Notes under the pieces: model-generated | Databases searched by the model: none | What the model saw: only the letters and a program-made list of their open reading frames with translations | Told to the model about the DNA's origin: nothing | Shown here: piece by piece, positions 1 to 11,120 of the stretch | Numbering within the stretch: the stretch's first letter is position 1 | Layout of the letters: each line of letters opens with the position of its first letter | Made by a program: the position numbers and the translations under genes | Source of the DNA: Basidiobolus meristosporus CBS 931.73 | Lineage: Eukaryota > Fungi > Basidiobolomycota | Assembly: GCA_002104905.1 (NCBI GenBank) | Contig: MCFE01000625.1 | Span: 1 to 51,908 of the forward strand | Length of the DNA: 51,908 bases | Direction: 5' to 3'

Positions 1-2
1 TT

Positions 3-239
3 ACTTTATTTCAAGATAATCCAGGATGTGTACAATTAGGTAGAAATCCAAATTTTCATGCTAGAACTAAGCACATATATATCAGACATCATTTCATACA
101 TAAAGCTATAAAGAATAAATTAGTTAAGTTGGCTTGCTGTCCTCCAGACAAAATAATTGCAGACATATTCCCTAATCCATTGGAAAAAGGCAAATTTGAA
201 TTTCTTAGGTCAAAATTAGGATTAGTTGGTATAGATTAG
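3..239 (+). mobile_element. Ty1/Copia LTR retrotransposon pol C-terminus (RNase H), degenerate
   Basis: Frame from nt 3 reads TLFQDNPGCVQLGRNPNFHARTKHIYIRHHFIH...IIADIFPNPLEKGKFEFLRSKLGL*, matching the Copia RNase H motifs DNxxA..NP.FH.RTKHI.IR.HF and ADIFTK.L..F..LR..LGL. It is followed by a PPT-like TTGAGTGGGTG and then TGTTG at 268. Confidence 0.92.
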
Positions 240-267
240 TCAGTATGAGCTTTTAGTTGAGTGGGTG

Positions 268-606
268 TGTTGTAATTCCACCTGGATATTCACCTAACTT
301 AGTCACTTAGATTATTACCTACAAATTGTGGAGAATACTGACTAAATTCCTTGATGGGATTTTCTTGGAGTATTTTCACAAAAATATCAGGTACCAGGTA
401 TTTGATAATTCTCAAAGTTGTCCAGACAGCCCCAAACTTTGCACTCATGCTCCTGGGACCATCCAGAACTTATTCTATGTGCTTGCTATACCAAGATCAT
501 GTAAAGCTATAAATACTAAACTTACATTCAACAAATCATCAAGTGAAAACCACATAATCTACTAGTTCTCCCAATCACCTCCAATATCTCCAAGACTCTT
601 GCAAAA
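268..606 (+). mobile_element. 3' LTR of the Copia element (same family as the solo LTRs at 36-39 kb)
   Basis: Starts TGTTG directly after the PPT. Aligns by eye along its length to 37303-37650 (for example CAGCCCCAAACTTTGCAC and AAGTGAAAACCACATAATCTAC). Ends in a degenerate CAACA (CAAAA). Confidence 0.85.
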
Positions 607-1690
607 TCATCTTTGCTGCATAGAAGGAACTCAACTAGCAAAATGTCACCATAAGAGCTGAGCCATTTCCTGATGTAACAGCAGAGGAACACTGTAAAGT
701 CTATTAAGTACAATAACAGTGCCCAAATATAATGCCCACAGAAAGACTCATCACAGCATGGGAGGGAAAAAATGTAATTGACCTACCAAAGCCAAATAAT
801 CAAAAGACTTCAAGAACTGTGAAGCCAGTGAGAAAAATGATGAGGAGTGGGCTAAAATTCAAGAGGCTGTACAAAGTCTAACACATCATTACCATAAGGC
901 CAGCATACCAAGGGACCATTGCAAACTCAAAGCCAAGTAGAATGTGCTTGATCTGTTCCATGAGCATTATGCTGGACTAAGCAAGTAAATAGATTTTGGG
1001 CCATCATTGATTTGCTAAGAGAGTATCTCAAAAGTAGCAAAAACTATCAAAGGCAGAAGAACAAGGGTGCCACAGCTAAAAATTAGCAACATCCTCAAAG
1101 GCCCATTACAAGCAGGGGCAACAGACCTAAGTAAGCAGCAAAGAAACATCAAGTAGCTGGAAGAATGATGGTAAGGGAAGTGCAGGCAGAAATGGATTCA
1201 CCAGTGCAATACTTATTGAGGAAAAGTGTTGTTCCATTCAAGAGGCACTCAGTCAAAGTAGCAGTAACAGACCAGGTAGCAATAAAGACCAGCAGCTTTC
1301 TCAGGAGCCCATCACAACCATGGCTGAATGCTTATAACAAGCAGCAGAGAAACATTGGTCTGCCAAAAGAGTGCCAGTAAGGGACAAGCAGGTGGAAATG
1401 AGTCCACCAGTGGAGCATTCATCTGCGTAAATATGTAGTTCAATACAAGTACTCAGACAAAGTAGCTGTCAAGACCCAGCAGTGATAAAGAAAATGGTAA
1501 AGGGAAAAAAGTCTACCAAAGCCAGACACAGGGAAGCAAGAGAAAAAAGCTGCAGTTCTCACCTATTAGTTTCATAAGACTGGAACAGTCTGAATCCCAT
1601 TATTGCCAAGACAGCATCAATACCTCTTAGTCACAGGACTTAAATTTTGTGATGGCCTTTTGACAGGATCATCGCAATTATTTTTCATAG
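607..1690. repeat. CpG-depleted degenerate repeat or TE relic, unclassified
   Basis: Almost no CpG, only short ORFs, and it lies between LTR-family fragments. I recognise no domain. Confidence 0.35.
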
Positions 1691-1694
1691 GGAG

Positions 1695-1862
1695 TATGTG
1701 AATCTTGGAATATCTTACCCAAAGTCTTTGTCCGGATTCACTCTGAAAACCCTGCCAAAATATCAGGTACTCAGGACAAGAAAAATTTCAAAGTTGTCCA
1801 AAGATTGCTAAACTTTACACACATGCTCTTAGGACCTTTGCCAACATATTGTGCATATACTC
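1695..1862 (+). mobile_element. Partial copy of the same LTR family
   Basis: CCAAAATATCAGGTAC...TCAAAGTTGTCCAAAG...AAACTTTACACACATGCTCTTAGGACC matches the LTR core at about 380-460. Confidence 0.65.
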
Positions 1863-3829
1863 ACCTGTTGGTAGATTGAGTTCAGCCAATGCCGCCGTAC
1901 CTTTGTATCACTCCAGGATAGGAACAACAACCAAGTGGTAGGAGCCAGACTGTGTATCAGGTTTACGGTGACTTAGATGAGTTTGAAGATATTGATTAGA
2001 TTTAGTCGGTAAGTGTATGGAATATATGCATGGGATTTGGCTTGTCAGTAGAGACCCACGATAGATTAATAACCCAGGGGGTAAACCGAACTGCAACACA
2101 ATCAGCCAACAACGCCTCCAACCCTGATTTCATGTTTCTCATATGATATGATGATGACTACTGTCACTCATTAGCAACAATCGTGAACAATCAAGCCCGC
2201 CAACAAATGCGTGGAGTGGGAAAGCCAGTATACGCCAAGAATCTGGACTGTAGATAGCCATTAATAATGCGTGGTAGCTAACCCTAAGCACTTCATGTAA
2301 CGCATTAGGACATCGTTAGATGGGTAACATATAATATGACACATGGGTACATCAACCAGTTCCTCAGCCCAGTGACAACAATCCTAGCAGGCTGTGTGTC
2401 CGTATGGGCCCGCCTGATTGGTGCGGCACAGCGTAGTTTGGAAATATTCGCCGAGTTTCCTCCATGATTAGTGGAGAATCTCTGCCATCCAAATTAGCAA
2501 GTGTAACAAGCCGGGTACTGCTGCGAGCCATTTGAAACAACGTAACCATACTCACCGGAGTCAATCTATGGGATGAGAACCTATGGTAGCCTACATATCC
2601 ATTGTGCGCGAAGAAGCATAGGAGAGGATTTTTCTCCCATGCAACCCGTTTCAATGGAGCCTGCTGGAGGCATCGAGTTCGGCATCTGGTTATTCATCTA
2701 GTATACGGTGATCTTTGCGTTTGCGGGAAATTCTGAGGATTTCTCTGTGTTGATAAGCATCCTCTGCATTGCTCGATGGTTTTCACACTCCGTCTGGTCA
2801 TCGAGTATGAGGGAGGAAGTGGTGCTAAGACAAGGGGCTGTGCAGCCAAGGTGCGAGTGAATGAGACAGATCAGATTGGAAATCATTATTGGAAGAAATA
2901 TACGATTACGCTCTCCGATTTCACGGCAAACGGATCTCGATGGTGGAGGAGGCCGCTTAGAAATGGGTGACTGTAGTACAGTGAAACATGGGGGAAAACC
3001 GAACTTCGGATCCTAGTGGCACCAGGAGCCGAGCCCATCCACATGGAAACCTCGTTCATATGGCCACCGCAGAGGACAAACTCGGTCTGGAGGGAACCAT
3101 GAAACACAACGATGAAATAGGCTTATCAAGTACCCAACGGGACCAGTCAGCCTAGTTTAGTCATGATGTGGGGGATGGATCGAACGAAAGCACCATGTCA
3201 GGATGATGGACAGACAACAGCCGAGTCAACGACGGGATGGATTTCCGAGGTTGTCTTCCGAAGATGCGCATCTCTGGCCATCAGTATGCCCAGCAAGCAC
3301 CATGACTGGCTTGCTAATCGGTACACACGCTGCCCCTGGGATCCGGCCATGTCAGACATGTAGCACAGTCTGAGCGACTTGGCCAACTGAGAAACTTGTT
3401 ACAAGATAGCGAACAAGAAACATGAGCCACTGTATATGAACATACCACCAAGTTTCACCTCCCCGCCGCCCCATTGGCCTGCACTAGAGGAATCGATTGC
3501 TCCAACCCGTTTTTCTCGATGATTAAGCATATCAGGAGATGACTGGGCAAATGACAAATCCCAGACCAATCTTGGAACTCTATTCTACTGAATGTACAGC
3601 GACCATTTCGATTCGGGGATTTGAATACAAGAATGCCTACTTACGTAGGAGCTCTTGCATAAAGACGATCTGCACTGTCGGGTGCTGATCGTAGGTTTCA
3701 CTGTGCCGAACATTCCATATAACATAGATAACTGATGGATCCGGCGGGGGATGTCTGTTCTCAGCAAACTTGCTTGATCTCTCGTGCGCTTATAAGCACT
3801 TGATCCGCACTCCCCCTCAGCCATTGAAG

Positions 3830-4747
3830 ATGCAAGAATCACACACTGGCAAATGGGACACTAGGGTCCCCTTGTTCGTTCTGAAATTATACAAGTAAAT
3901 CCTTCTCTTCTGACCCTCGCCTCTCCTTCGATGCCTGACTGACCATCTGATTTTCCCAGCATCCTAAGCGACCCCATCTTTGGAGACATGATATCTTGGG
4001 AAGAATCAGGCAGCAGATTCGTCATATCCAACCCGAAGGAATTCGCCTCCCAGGTGCTACCCAAGTATTATGAGACCAGCAAATTTGCCTCCTTCTCTAG
4101 ACAACTCAACGTAAGTGCTGCCCTGCGTGGGGGTCTGGCCAGCATATCTAACCTTCCCTCTACAGATATACAACTTCTATCGGATTTCCGATCGGCGACG
4201 GACGAAGCAATACAGCGAGAATTCAAGTATTGTTTACTCTCATCCACACTTCCAGCGGGCCAAGCCCGAGCTCCTCCATCACATTCATCGCAAAACTGGC
4301 CCCTATTCCCAACAAAAAACCTACCTAGAGCAGCCAAAGAGGCCCGTCCAACCCTCCCCACCCTCACCAACCCCAAGCCACGATTTGCCTGACCCCTCCT
4401 CCGCCGCCTCCATTCCCGCCCCCACCTCCACATCCACTCCAACCCAATCATACCCAACATCAACCGTAAATGCTGAGCTCGAATACTCACTGAGCGGCAC
4501 CGGTAGGTGCATGAACTGTGAGAAGCTAATGCAGGAAATAGCCGTATTAAGGAATACAATTGAACAATACATTTCGGTATTACCTGAGCCATTAATACTT
4601 GATAGCAACAATCCGCTGAAATTACTCTCATTCTATCCTGTTGCCGCCTCGGTGCAGGATTCCTCATCGCTATTGGGGGAGCCGTATGCTACGTACCTCC
4701 AGCCAACAATGGACCTCTGTGCCCCAGCTTGGCATATACAATATTAA
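3830..4747 (+). CDS. Heat-shock-factor (HSF-type DNA-binding domain) transcription factor, 3 exons (3830-3894, 3960-4110, 4166-4747)
   Basis: Spliced product VPLFVLKLYNILSDP...ISWEESGSRFVISNPKEFASQVLPKYYETSKFASFSRQLNIYNFYRIS...YSHPHFQRAKPELLHHIHRK is the HSF DBD. GT-AG introns at 3895-3959 and 4111-4165. Short coiled-coil segment follows. TATA-like TATAAG at about 3791. Confidence 0.92.
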
Positions 4748-4906
4748 TAAACCCATGTGAAGCGCACAGGTTCTGCGTCTCGAAACACTACGGGGAAGCG
4801 GCGGAGGGGGCTTTGCATCCGGTGGACATACCCGTTAGTGTGCAGGGACCATTTATTAATGATTGGTGTTGGGTGTTGCCGGTACATACTGGTCAGTTGG
4901 GCTTGT

Positions 4907-7315
4907 CTAAAGAGTAATGATGGACGATGGGTTGAGTTGGAGTTTTTCCAAATTTGGGATGCATATGTGCTGTATCATGCCTGGTGGTCCGCACAGTAAG
5001 ACGATGGTGTTTCGTTCCCCTGGATTGGGGAGCATCCTTTGGCACATACTATGGTCCACTGGGCCAATGGAGTGGGTCCAGCTAGCGGACGTGCTTTCGC
5101 TCACCGTGTAACACACCGTGAGTTGATCAGGATGCTGGCGCACGAGGTTGTTGAGCTCCTCATACAAAATGACATCATCGTCCGTCCGGTTGGCAAAGAT
5201 CAATGAGAGCCTCGTTGGATCCTGGGGGTTCTGGAGGATCGACTTGATCACCTGGTACATTGGGGTGATCCCGCTGCCACCAGCAATCATTCCAATATGC
5301 TCGACGACCCCTCCCGCCTTGCCCTGATGAGCACTGTAGAGACCGTTTCCGTTGTAGGCAAAATGGCCGATGAGACCTTTCATCTCGACCGTCTCCCCGA
5401 TTTGTAGGGAGTCAAGATGTTGACTCATTAGCCCGCCGCATGGGAATTCGGCGCTCACGTTTGGGAAATACACCTTGACAATCAGATCGATATGGCCTGG
5501 CTCGTTGTCTGTCGAGGTCGGGGTGTAAGTTCGGGTGATGGTCCTTGTGCCAATGTTACTCCTGAGGAGAATGTGGGATCCTATTGGAAGGCCTGGCCTA
5601 TGCTGTGCTGTGGGAAGCTTGAAACGGAACAACCGCGTGTTGTGGTTTAGCTGGACCTTTTCCATCAATGGAAATTCCCGATATTCCCGGGGCGAAAGGG
5701 CCACTAGATCGTCCGGCTCGTTCTTCGCCGCAGGGCGGATCGTTTCGTCGGCCGAGCCTTGACGCAATTCCCCTATGTAGAAGGTGTGCAACACATTATG
5801 TGCGTTGCTGGAGTGGATCGACTCGAAATCCTCCGTGCAATCGGATCCAGCGTTGATCTCTATGCTATTTCTACCACCTGGGTGCATGGCAATGAATTTC
5901 GTGACATCGTACACTTGCTCGTTGATAAGGACCCAGCAGTCATCGGGCTTGTTGTGTTCCTTGATCTCGTTGTGTGAGTAGGATTTCTCTCCTCCAGTGA
6001 TGCGAATACTCTCATTTGGGGTAGGTTCGAATGCTGTCGCGGGCGTAGGATCGCTGGGATGCATCCACCCACCCTCTTGGTTGCCAGCCACGCAAGGATG
6101 CTCCATTCGGTACCCCATCTTTCCGTTGCCACCTTCCTCCTGGGTGACCTTCAGCCGAAAGTAGGCGTTGTTCATCTGGCCCAGGACATTCCAAGTAATC
6201 TGGGAAGGCTGGGTGTTGTAGGTTGCGTCCCAGGCACGAACGACAATCTCCTTGCAATCAGACAATTCTCTTACTGGGAGGTCGTATGACCATCTGGCCC
6301 AGGACCAGTACTTTTTGCTGATTGGAGAAGGGATTTGAGGTTCCAAAGTGGACATCAACCACGATTCACCACCATCCATCGAGAGCTCCACCCTGATTAT
6401 CTTGTTTCCGCTTCCGGTGTATGCGTAGCCTCGAAATAGATAGGTATCTTGAGAAAGCGGAATGAACTCGTCATTTTGTGGATAGGCAATGGCGGAGTTG
6501 ATGTTGAGGGAGTTGATGACCGTGTCAGGGTTTCTCCACCAATCCTCCACATCGTTAGTAGGGATTATGCGATTATCGTGAATATGATACCAGTTGTCGG
6601 ATTCTTGTTTGGCGACTGTTATCCTCTTCAACCACTTCACCATCCGCCCGCCAATGAACCCAGGCATAAGCAGCCTGATAGGATAGCCATGATCTGGAGG
6701 TAGCTGCTGACCATTCATTTGGTATGCAATGAGCACTTCGTTAGCCGGGTTCATGACATGGCTGTAGCGGATGCTAGTAGCATAGGTTCCATTTGGGAGC
6801 TCATCACTCCCTTCAAAATGAACGTACCATTCTTCATCATCCGTATCTGGTGTGTGGACCCCGCAAGCACGCAGCAACTCGCAGAGCATCACTCCACCAA
6901 AAACCGAGGTGGAAACCGCGGCCGAGCCCCAGTTGAACCCCTTCGATTGCTTGACTAGATTTACCTCCCGGCGACGATTTCCGGCGCAGGCAAAAGTCAC
7001 CGGGAATTGCCGGCTAGGAAACGCAGCCAGCTCGTTCATGGTAAACGTCTTTGGACTGCTGACCATTCCGGTGACCTCTAGTGTGTGCGTGTCCCAGCTG
7101 AGCCTAGGCACAATGCCATGATTACGTACATAGAATAGGGCGTTGGGGGTAATGTGGCCTTCGGCGTGCAAGCGGGACGGAGAGGGCTCACTATTGAACG
7201 GATGGCTTCCAGTGAGTCGTATCAACTCCGGATGTCTCTTGATCCAGTGATCTGGGGTTCGCTTGTCCCGCTGATCAAGAATAACCTCACTGTTGGCTTT
7301 AGATTCAAAGGCCAT
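4907..7315 (-). CDS. niaD: Eukaryotic assimilatory nitrate reductase (Moco-dimerisation-cytochrome b5-FAD-NAD(P)H), intronless
   Basis: 802 aa ORF with RLTGSHPFNSEP, FYVRNHG, the Moco Cys motif CAGNRR, GRMVKWL, cytochrome b5 HPGG, RTYTP, GMIAGGSGITPMYQVI and CGPPGM. Confidence 0.97.
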   Translation of the reverse strand: MAFESKANSEVILDQRDKRTPDHWIKRHPELIRLTGSHPFNSEPSPSRLHAEGHITPNALFYVRNHGIVPRLSWDTHTLEVTGMVSSPKTFTMNELAAFPSRQFPVTFACAGNRRREVNLVKQSKGFNWGSAAVSTSVFGGVMLCELLRACGVHTPDTDDEEWYVHFEGSDELPNGTYATSIRYSHVMNPANEVLIAYQMNGQQLPPDHGYPIRLLMPGFIGGRMVKWLKRITVAKQESDNWYHIHDNRIIPTNDVEDWWRNPDTVINSLNINSAIAYPQNDEFIPLSQDTYLFRGYAYTGSGNKIIRVELSMDGGESWLMSTLEPQIPSPISKKYWSWARWSYDLPVRELSDCKEIVVRAWDATYNTQPSQITWNVLGQMNNAYFRLKVTQEEGGNGKMGYRMEHPCVAGNQEGGWMHPSDPTPATAFEPTPNESIRITGGEKSYSHNEIKEHNKPDDCWVLINEQVYDVTKFIAMHPGGRNSIEINAGSDCTEDFESIHSSNAHNVLHTFYIGELRQGSADETIRPAAKNEPDDLVALSPREYREFPLMEKVQLNHNTRLFRFKLPTAQHRPGLPIGSHILLRSNIGTRTITRTYTPTSTDNEPGHIDLIVKVYFPNVSAEFPCGGLMSQHLDSLQIGETVEMKGLIGHFAYNGNGLYSAHQGKAGGVVEHIGMIAGGSGITPMYQVIKSILQNPQDPTRLSLIFANRTDDDVILYEELNNLVRQHPDQLTVCYTVSESTSASWTHSIGPVDHSMCQRMLPNPGERNTIVLLCGPPGMIQHICIPNLEKLQLNPSSIITL

Positions 7316-7714
7316 CGTTCTAAGGAGCCCTCGCCGCTGTCGCGATGCTTAAGTACTTGGAATCTCATCATAAACCTTTACCCGAATACAATGTTTAATC
7401 CAGCATAGCTGAATGAAAGACAAAATGCGTAAATCGGCAAAGCTTCTCAAACATGGAAATAATCGATTGCATGGAAGATTGTGTCGCACCATTTGTCTCA
7501 TCCCAGCAAATCCGATTTCTTTCCGAGATTGGCTGAGTATTCTGGTTCGTTGGCCAGAGATCAGTATGCATGGAGTATGTATGAATGCCCGCCAATTCAA
7601 CGGGAGCTGGCCGCAAGATAAGTTTAGACCAAACTCAACAAGCACGAGGTTCGCCGGATGTCTTTATTTAGTACAACTAGTCATACGTTTAGCTAAAGGG
7701 GGGAATGAACAGTC

Positions 7715-10118
7715 TCAATGGATGGATTTGGTTCGTTTGCGGATTTTGACTCCAAACTCGGGCTGAGTGGGATTGATCGATCTGTACAGCGCTCTCGATT
7801 TCAATTCTGACCAAACTACGCAAATCCTCCGATGGTTAGCCTCCTCTTCATCTTCCAAGAAACCCAGCACACTTACATTTGTTCAGCTCCAGCTCCACAA
7901 GGCACCTGTTTCGAATCTGGGGAATCATGGGCCAGGTCGAGGCCTCACCCTTACGGATCCAGTAATCCAACGCGTTGTGGGTGGGGTTGGAGAAAAGGGT
8001 GTTGAAGTCCTGGTGCCAGGTCAGTTAAAAAGACGGATTCCACTCAGAATATTGTACAACTCACACTAATACTGAGGGAGGGGACGATGGTGACATTTCC
8101 CGATAGCTTGATATCGATCAATCCACGGAACACCCTGGGCAGCAGGTTAAATTGTTCCAACTGGAGAATGCTTTAGAAAAGGGGCTTCGGCGCATCGTAA
8201 AACCGCCAGGCTGTACCTGTATTAAGCGGTGTCTAGCTTCCGTCATGATGATCCGCATGATTTTGGTGAGTATCCCTCCAGGCTCCTTGAGTCCGCGGGA
8301 GATGAACGGCACAATATACGGATTGGCTTGAGAAACAATGAAGTGATTCACGTGAAATAGTTCGGTCAATCGCGTGGTGTGCGACTCGCTATGCAATAGA
8401 TATTAAATATTCGTCATGTAGTTTGCCACCCAGACTATCTACCTCTCATTCAACGCAGCCTCACTCCATTTGATTGCTGGGAATATGCATTAATAGGAGG
8501 GGATTGATATCTATGATGTGAGTCTACCTGAGGGGTTCCAAGAAACAATCTTTCCATTCTTGTCTTTGGCCAATAGCTCCACTGATTCATAAAGCCCCAT
8601 CATTGCTGTAGAAGCGCAGGCGGCACTCCAAATCAACTAGGAGAACTCTCAGAGGATGAAGTCCAATAGAATCTTGAGCATACATACCACGTTCGGGGCA
8701 GTCAGATAGTTGAGCAGCTGCGGTACTTCGTATTTACGGGTTGGGGATACTGTAATGTTTAGAATGCGACCAGTCTTTTTAAACGCATCCTAGTAAACCA
8801 ATGGTTCTCAGCATTCATTCAATGCCGTGCATGTGATGATCAGATCGGCTACCTCGAAGGTAATGTCACCGACGTTACTTCTCACACAATCTTCTAATAT
8901 TTTGACATCCAGTAAATACCCTGGAATACCACTTAGCACTTGGAACTGGCTTTTCAGATGAAAGTCTCAAGCATACCATGCTTCAAGAGCCTGTCGATTT
9001 TTCTTCGGATATTTCCCTCCACTTTTACCTTAGCAAATGCCTGTAAGTTGATTCCTCCAGGTTTGCAAATGTCCTACTCCAACTGACTTAGACCAGGAAG
9101 AATGAATGCCAACACGCTCACCTACCGGCAGCTCCTCGTCGGTATGAATGCATACCAAGGTTGCTATCAAAGCCCCTACCCCTGTTCCGCATAGGATTTT
9201 AGGAAGTAACTTTTGCTCGTGTAACGCTTTAACAACTCCTAAATGGTAGAGTCCTGAATACCGAGTGGTACGGGTTAATCGGAAGACAAGCTAAAGCACG
9301 ATTTCACCGAATTACCAAATGTGGTGCCCCCTTGCAAAATCAAAGCAGTCCGCCCAAAACTTTGTTGGGTGTCGTTAAAGAAGTCCATCTTCGCTTGCAC
9401 ACCAAGTTTACTTGGATCGCTGTTGGCAATGATGGCAAGTTCAAGAACCAGCTCGGAGATGTATTCCTCGATCAGTCTCTTTGTACTGTTGGTGTATCTT
9501 TGGTTATTATTTGTTGGGGTAGCTACAATGATGGGCTCTCTTACCCCACGTAGGAATGTCTATAGAGGCGTCGGTCGTGTATACCACCAAGATTCCGGAG
9601 CAGCCCTACATATCTTTGAATCAGCCGCTTGAGAGGTTTTTACCAGATACAACCAGCAACATACCAGAGCGTAAATAATATATCATCGCCTGAACATCAT
9701 CATTCTCCCGCACTCCAATTAGGTGTTCCAAGCGAGAGTGGATTAGTCTATAATCGTAATAACCGGATACAGGATTACTCTTCCACACGTTATTTCCTAA
9801 CAGCCTATGGGAGTGAATAAACCACGACAAGGGAATTGCCAATGATGTCTACTTACTCATCCAAAGTCAAGGCAGCTTTTAGCCAATCTTCATAGTTTTG
9901 GGCAGTCTTCAGCTGTGAACGAAGCTTATCTTCTCGGCTAGGTTCCCATAGGAAATTAAGATAGCTCTGTGAAAAAGTAACTCTTCAATACAGCACGCAG
10001 CTAAATCATTGGAATGCTCAATTACCCTCCACCAAAATTCCGCCACTTCCACAATTAAGGCAATAGACGCAAGAATTAGCTTCAGCAGGCTCTCAAACAC
10101 TTTGCTTATTTTCGGCAT
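7715..10118 (-). CDS. Patatin-domain triacylglycerol lipase, TGL3/TGL4/SDP1 family, multi-exon (exon limits partly inferred)
   Basis: Spliced segments [68 protein letters not shown] and [22 protein letters not shown]. Start ATG 10118 ([12 protein letters not shown]). Stop at 7715 after KRTKSIH. Confidence 0.88.
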
Positions 10119-11120
10119 GAGAAGAACAACTTGAGACAACGTACTACACGCAAACAATTTAGCATATGGTGGCTTAGTCATCACCAAGTAGGATTTTCAT
10201 GTGAGAATAGACTGTCCTCGTGATTGTCAAACTGAATGATATTCTTTAGTCATCACGATATTTATTTGCTAGCAACATATCTATATTTACTGTTTGCAGG
10301 ATATTGGTTGGTGCAAATGGTGTTGACCAAGAAGACCTGGAGTTGTCAGCTCCATTCGTAGGAACGGTGCGCTGAGTGTTGGTGGTGGGTACTGAGGTTG
10401 GATATATATGTAATGCGGAGAAGGATTCTCGGATTTGGACTTCGTCTCTTCCTTTTACGAAGCAAGAAGCGAAACGCCAATAGACAACCTTGAAACGCAC
10501 ACCAGAAATATCGTCAACTGCATGACCAAAACCAGGGCAAAGAACTTCGACATTCTCCGCGACAAATTTCAACAGTCATTATTGGGAACAAGGGTGGTGA
10601 TCTTTTTCAATTCTAGATTAGCTGGATACAATCATGATTATAAATAGCAGAGTTGGGCTGTTTGGCTCCAACACCAATCTTTTCCGGCAGTCCCCTTGGT
10701 GCGAGTAGAGCCTCCTAATAGAGAAGGTTTGGAAGCGTTACCAAGGGCACCTTTGTCAGCCCAGCACTCCTTGAGACGATGGTTACGAAGTTTGTGCGTG
10801 GTTGGGATAAACTTGATAATGGATTCGATACATAAACATGACCATGAAAGTGAACACACACTAACCCATATTGGAAAAAGTTGTCGGGTAGCAAGTGCGA
10901 GGTTGCTATTTTGGGTGCCATACCGAGTGCTATTTCATTGAGAGATCCATATCAGAAACAGGTTAAATAAGTTAATCATACTTCCCATCCATTTTACATA
11001 GTAACCCATCCGATGTTGGCAAAACAAATATTTCGCTTAGCACGATCCATCATCGAATTATAGTCCGAAAAATGAGCTAGTCCAGCGGTTCGCGTTTCAC
11101 TTCCTTTTCTACGGTTGAAC

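Noticed and set aside
2364-3400. Cluster of 60-96 aa ORFs
   Set aside because: No domain, no consistent splice model, and stops in all frames.
10246-10941. Short ORFs (108, 70 and 81 aa) between the TGL and PPWD1 starts
   Set aside because: No recognisable motif, and they overlap on opposite strands. A small spliced gene cannot be excluded but is unsupported.
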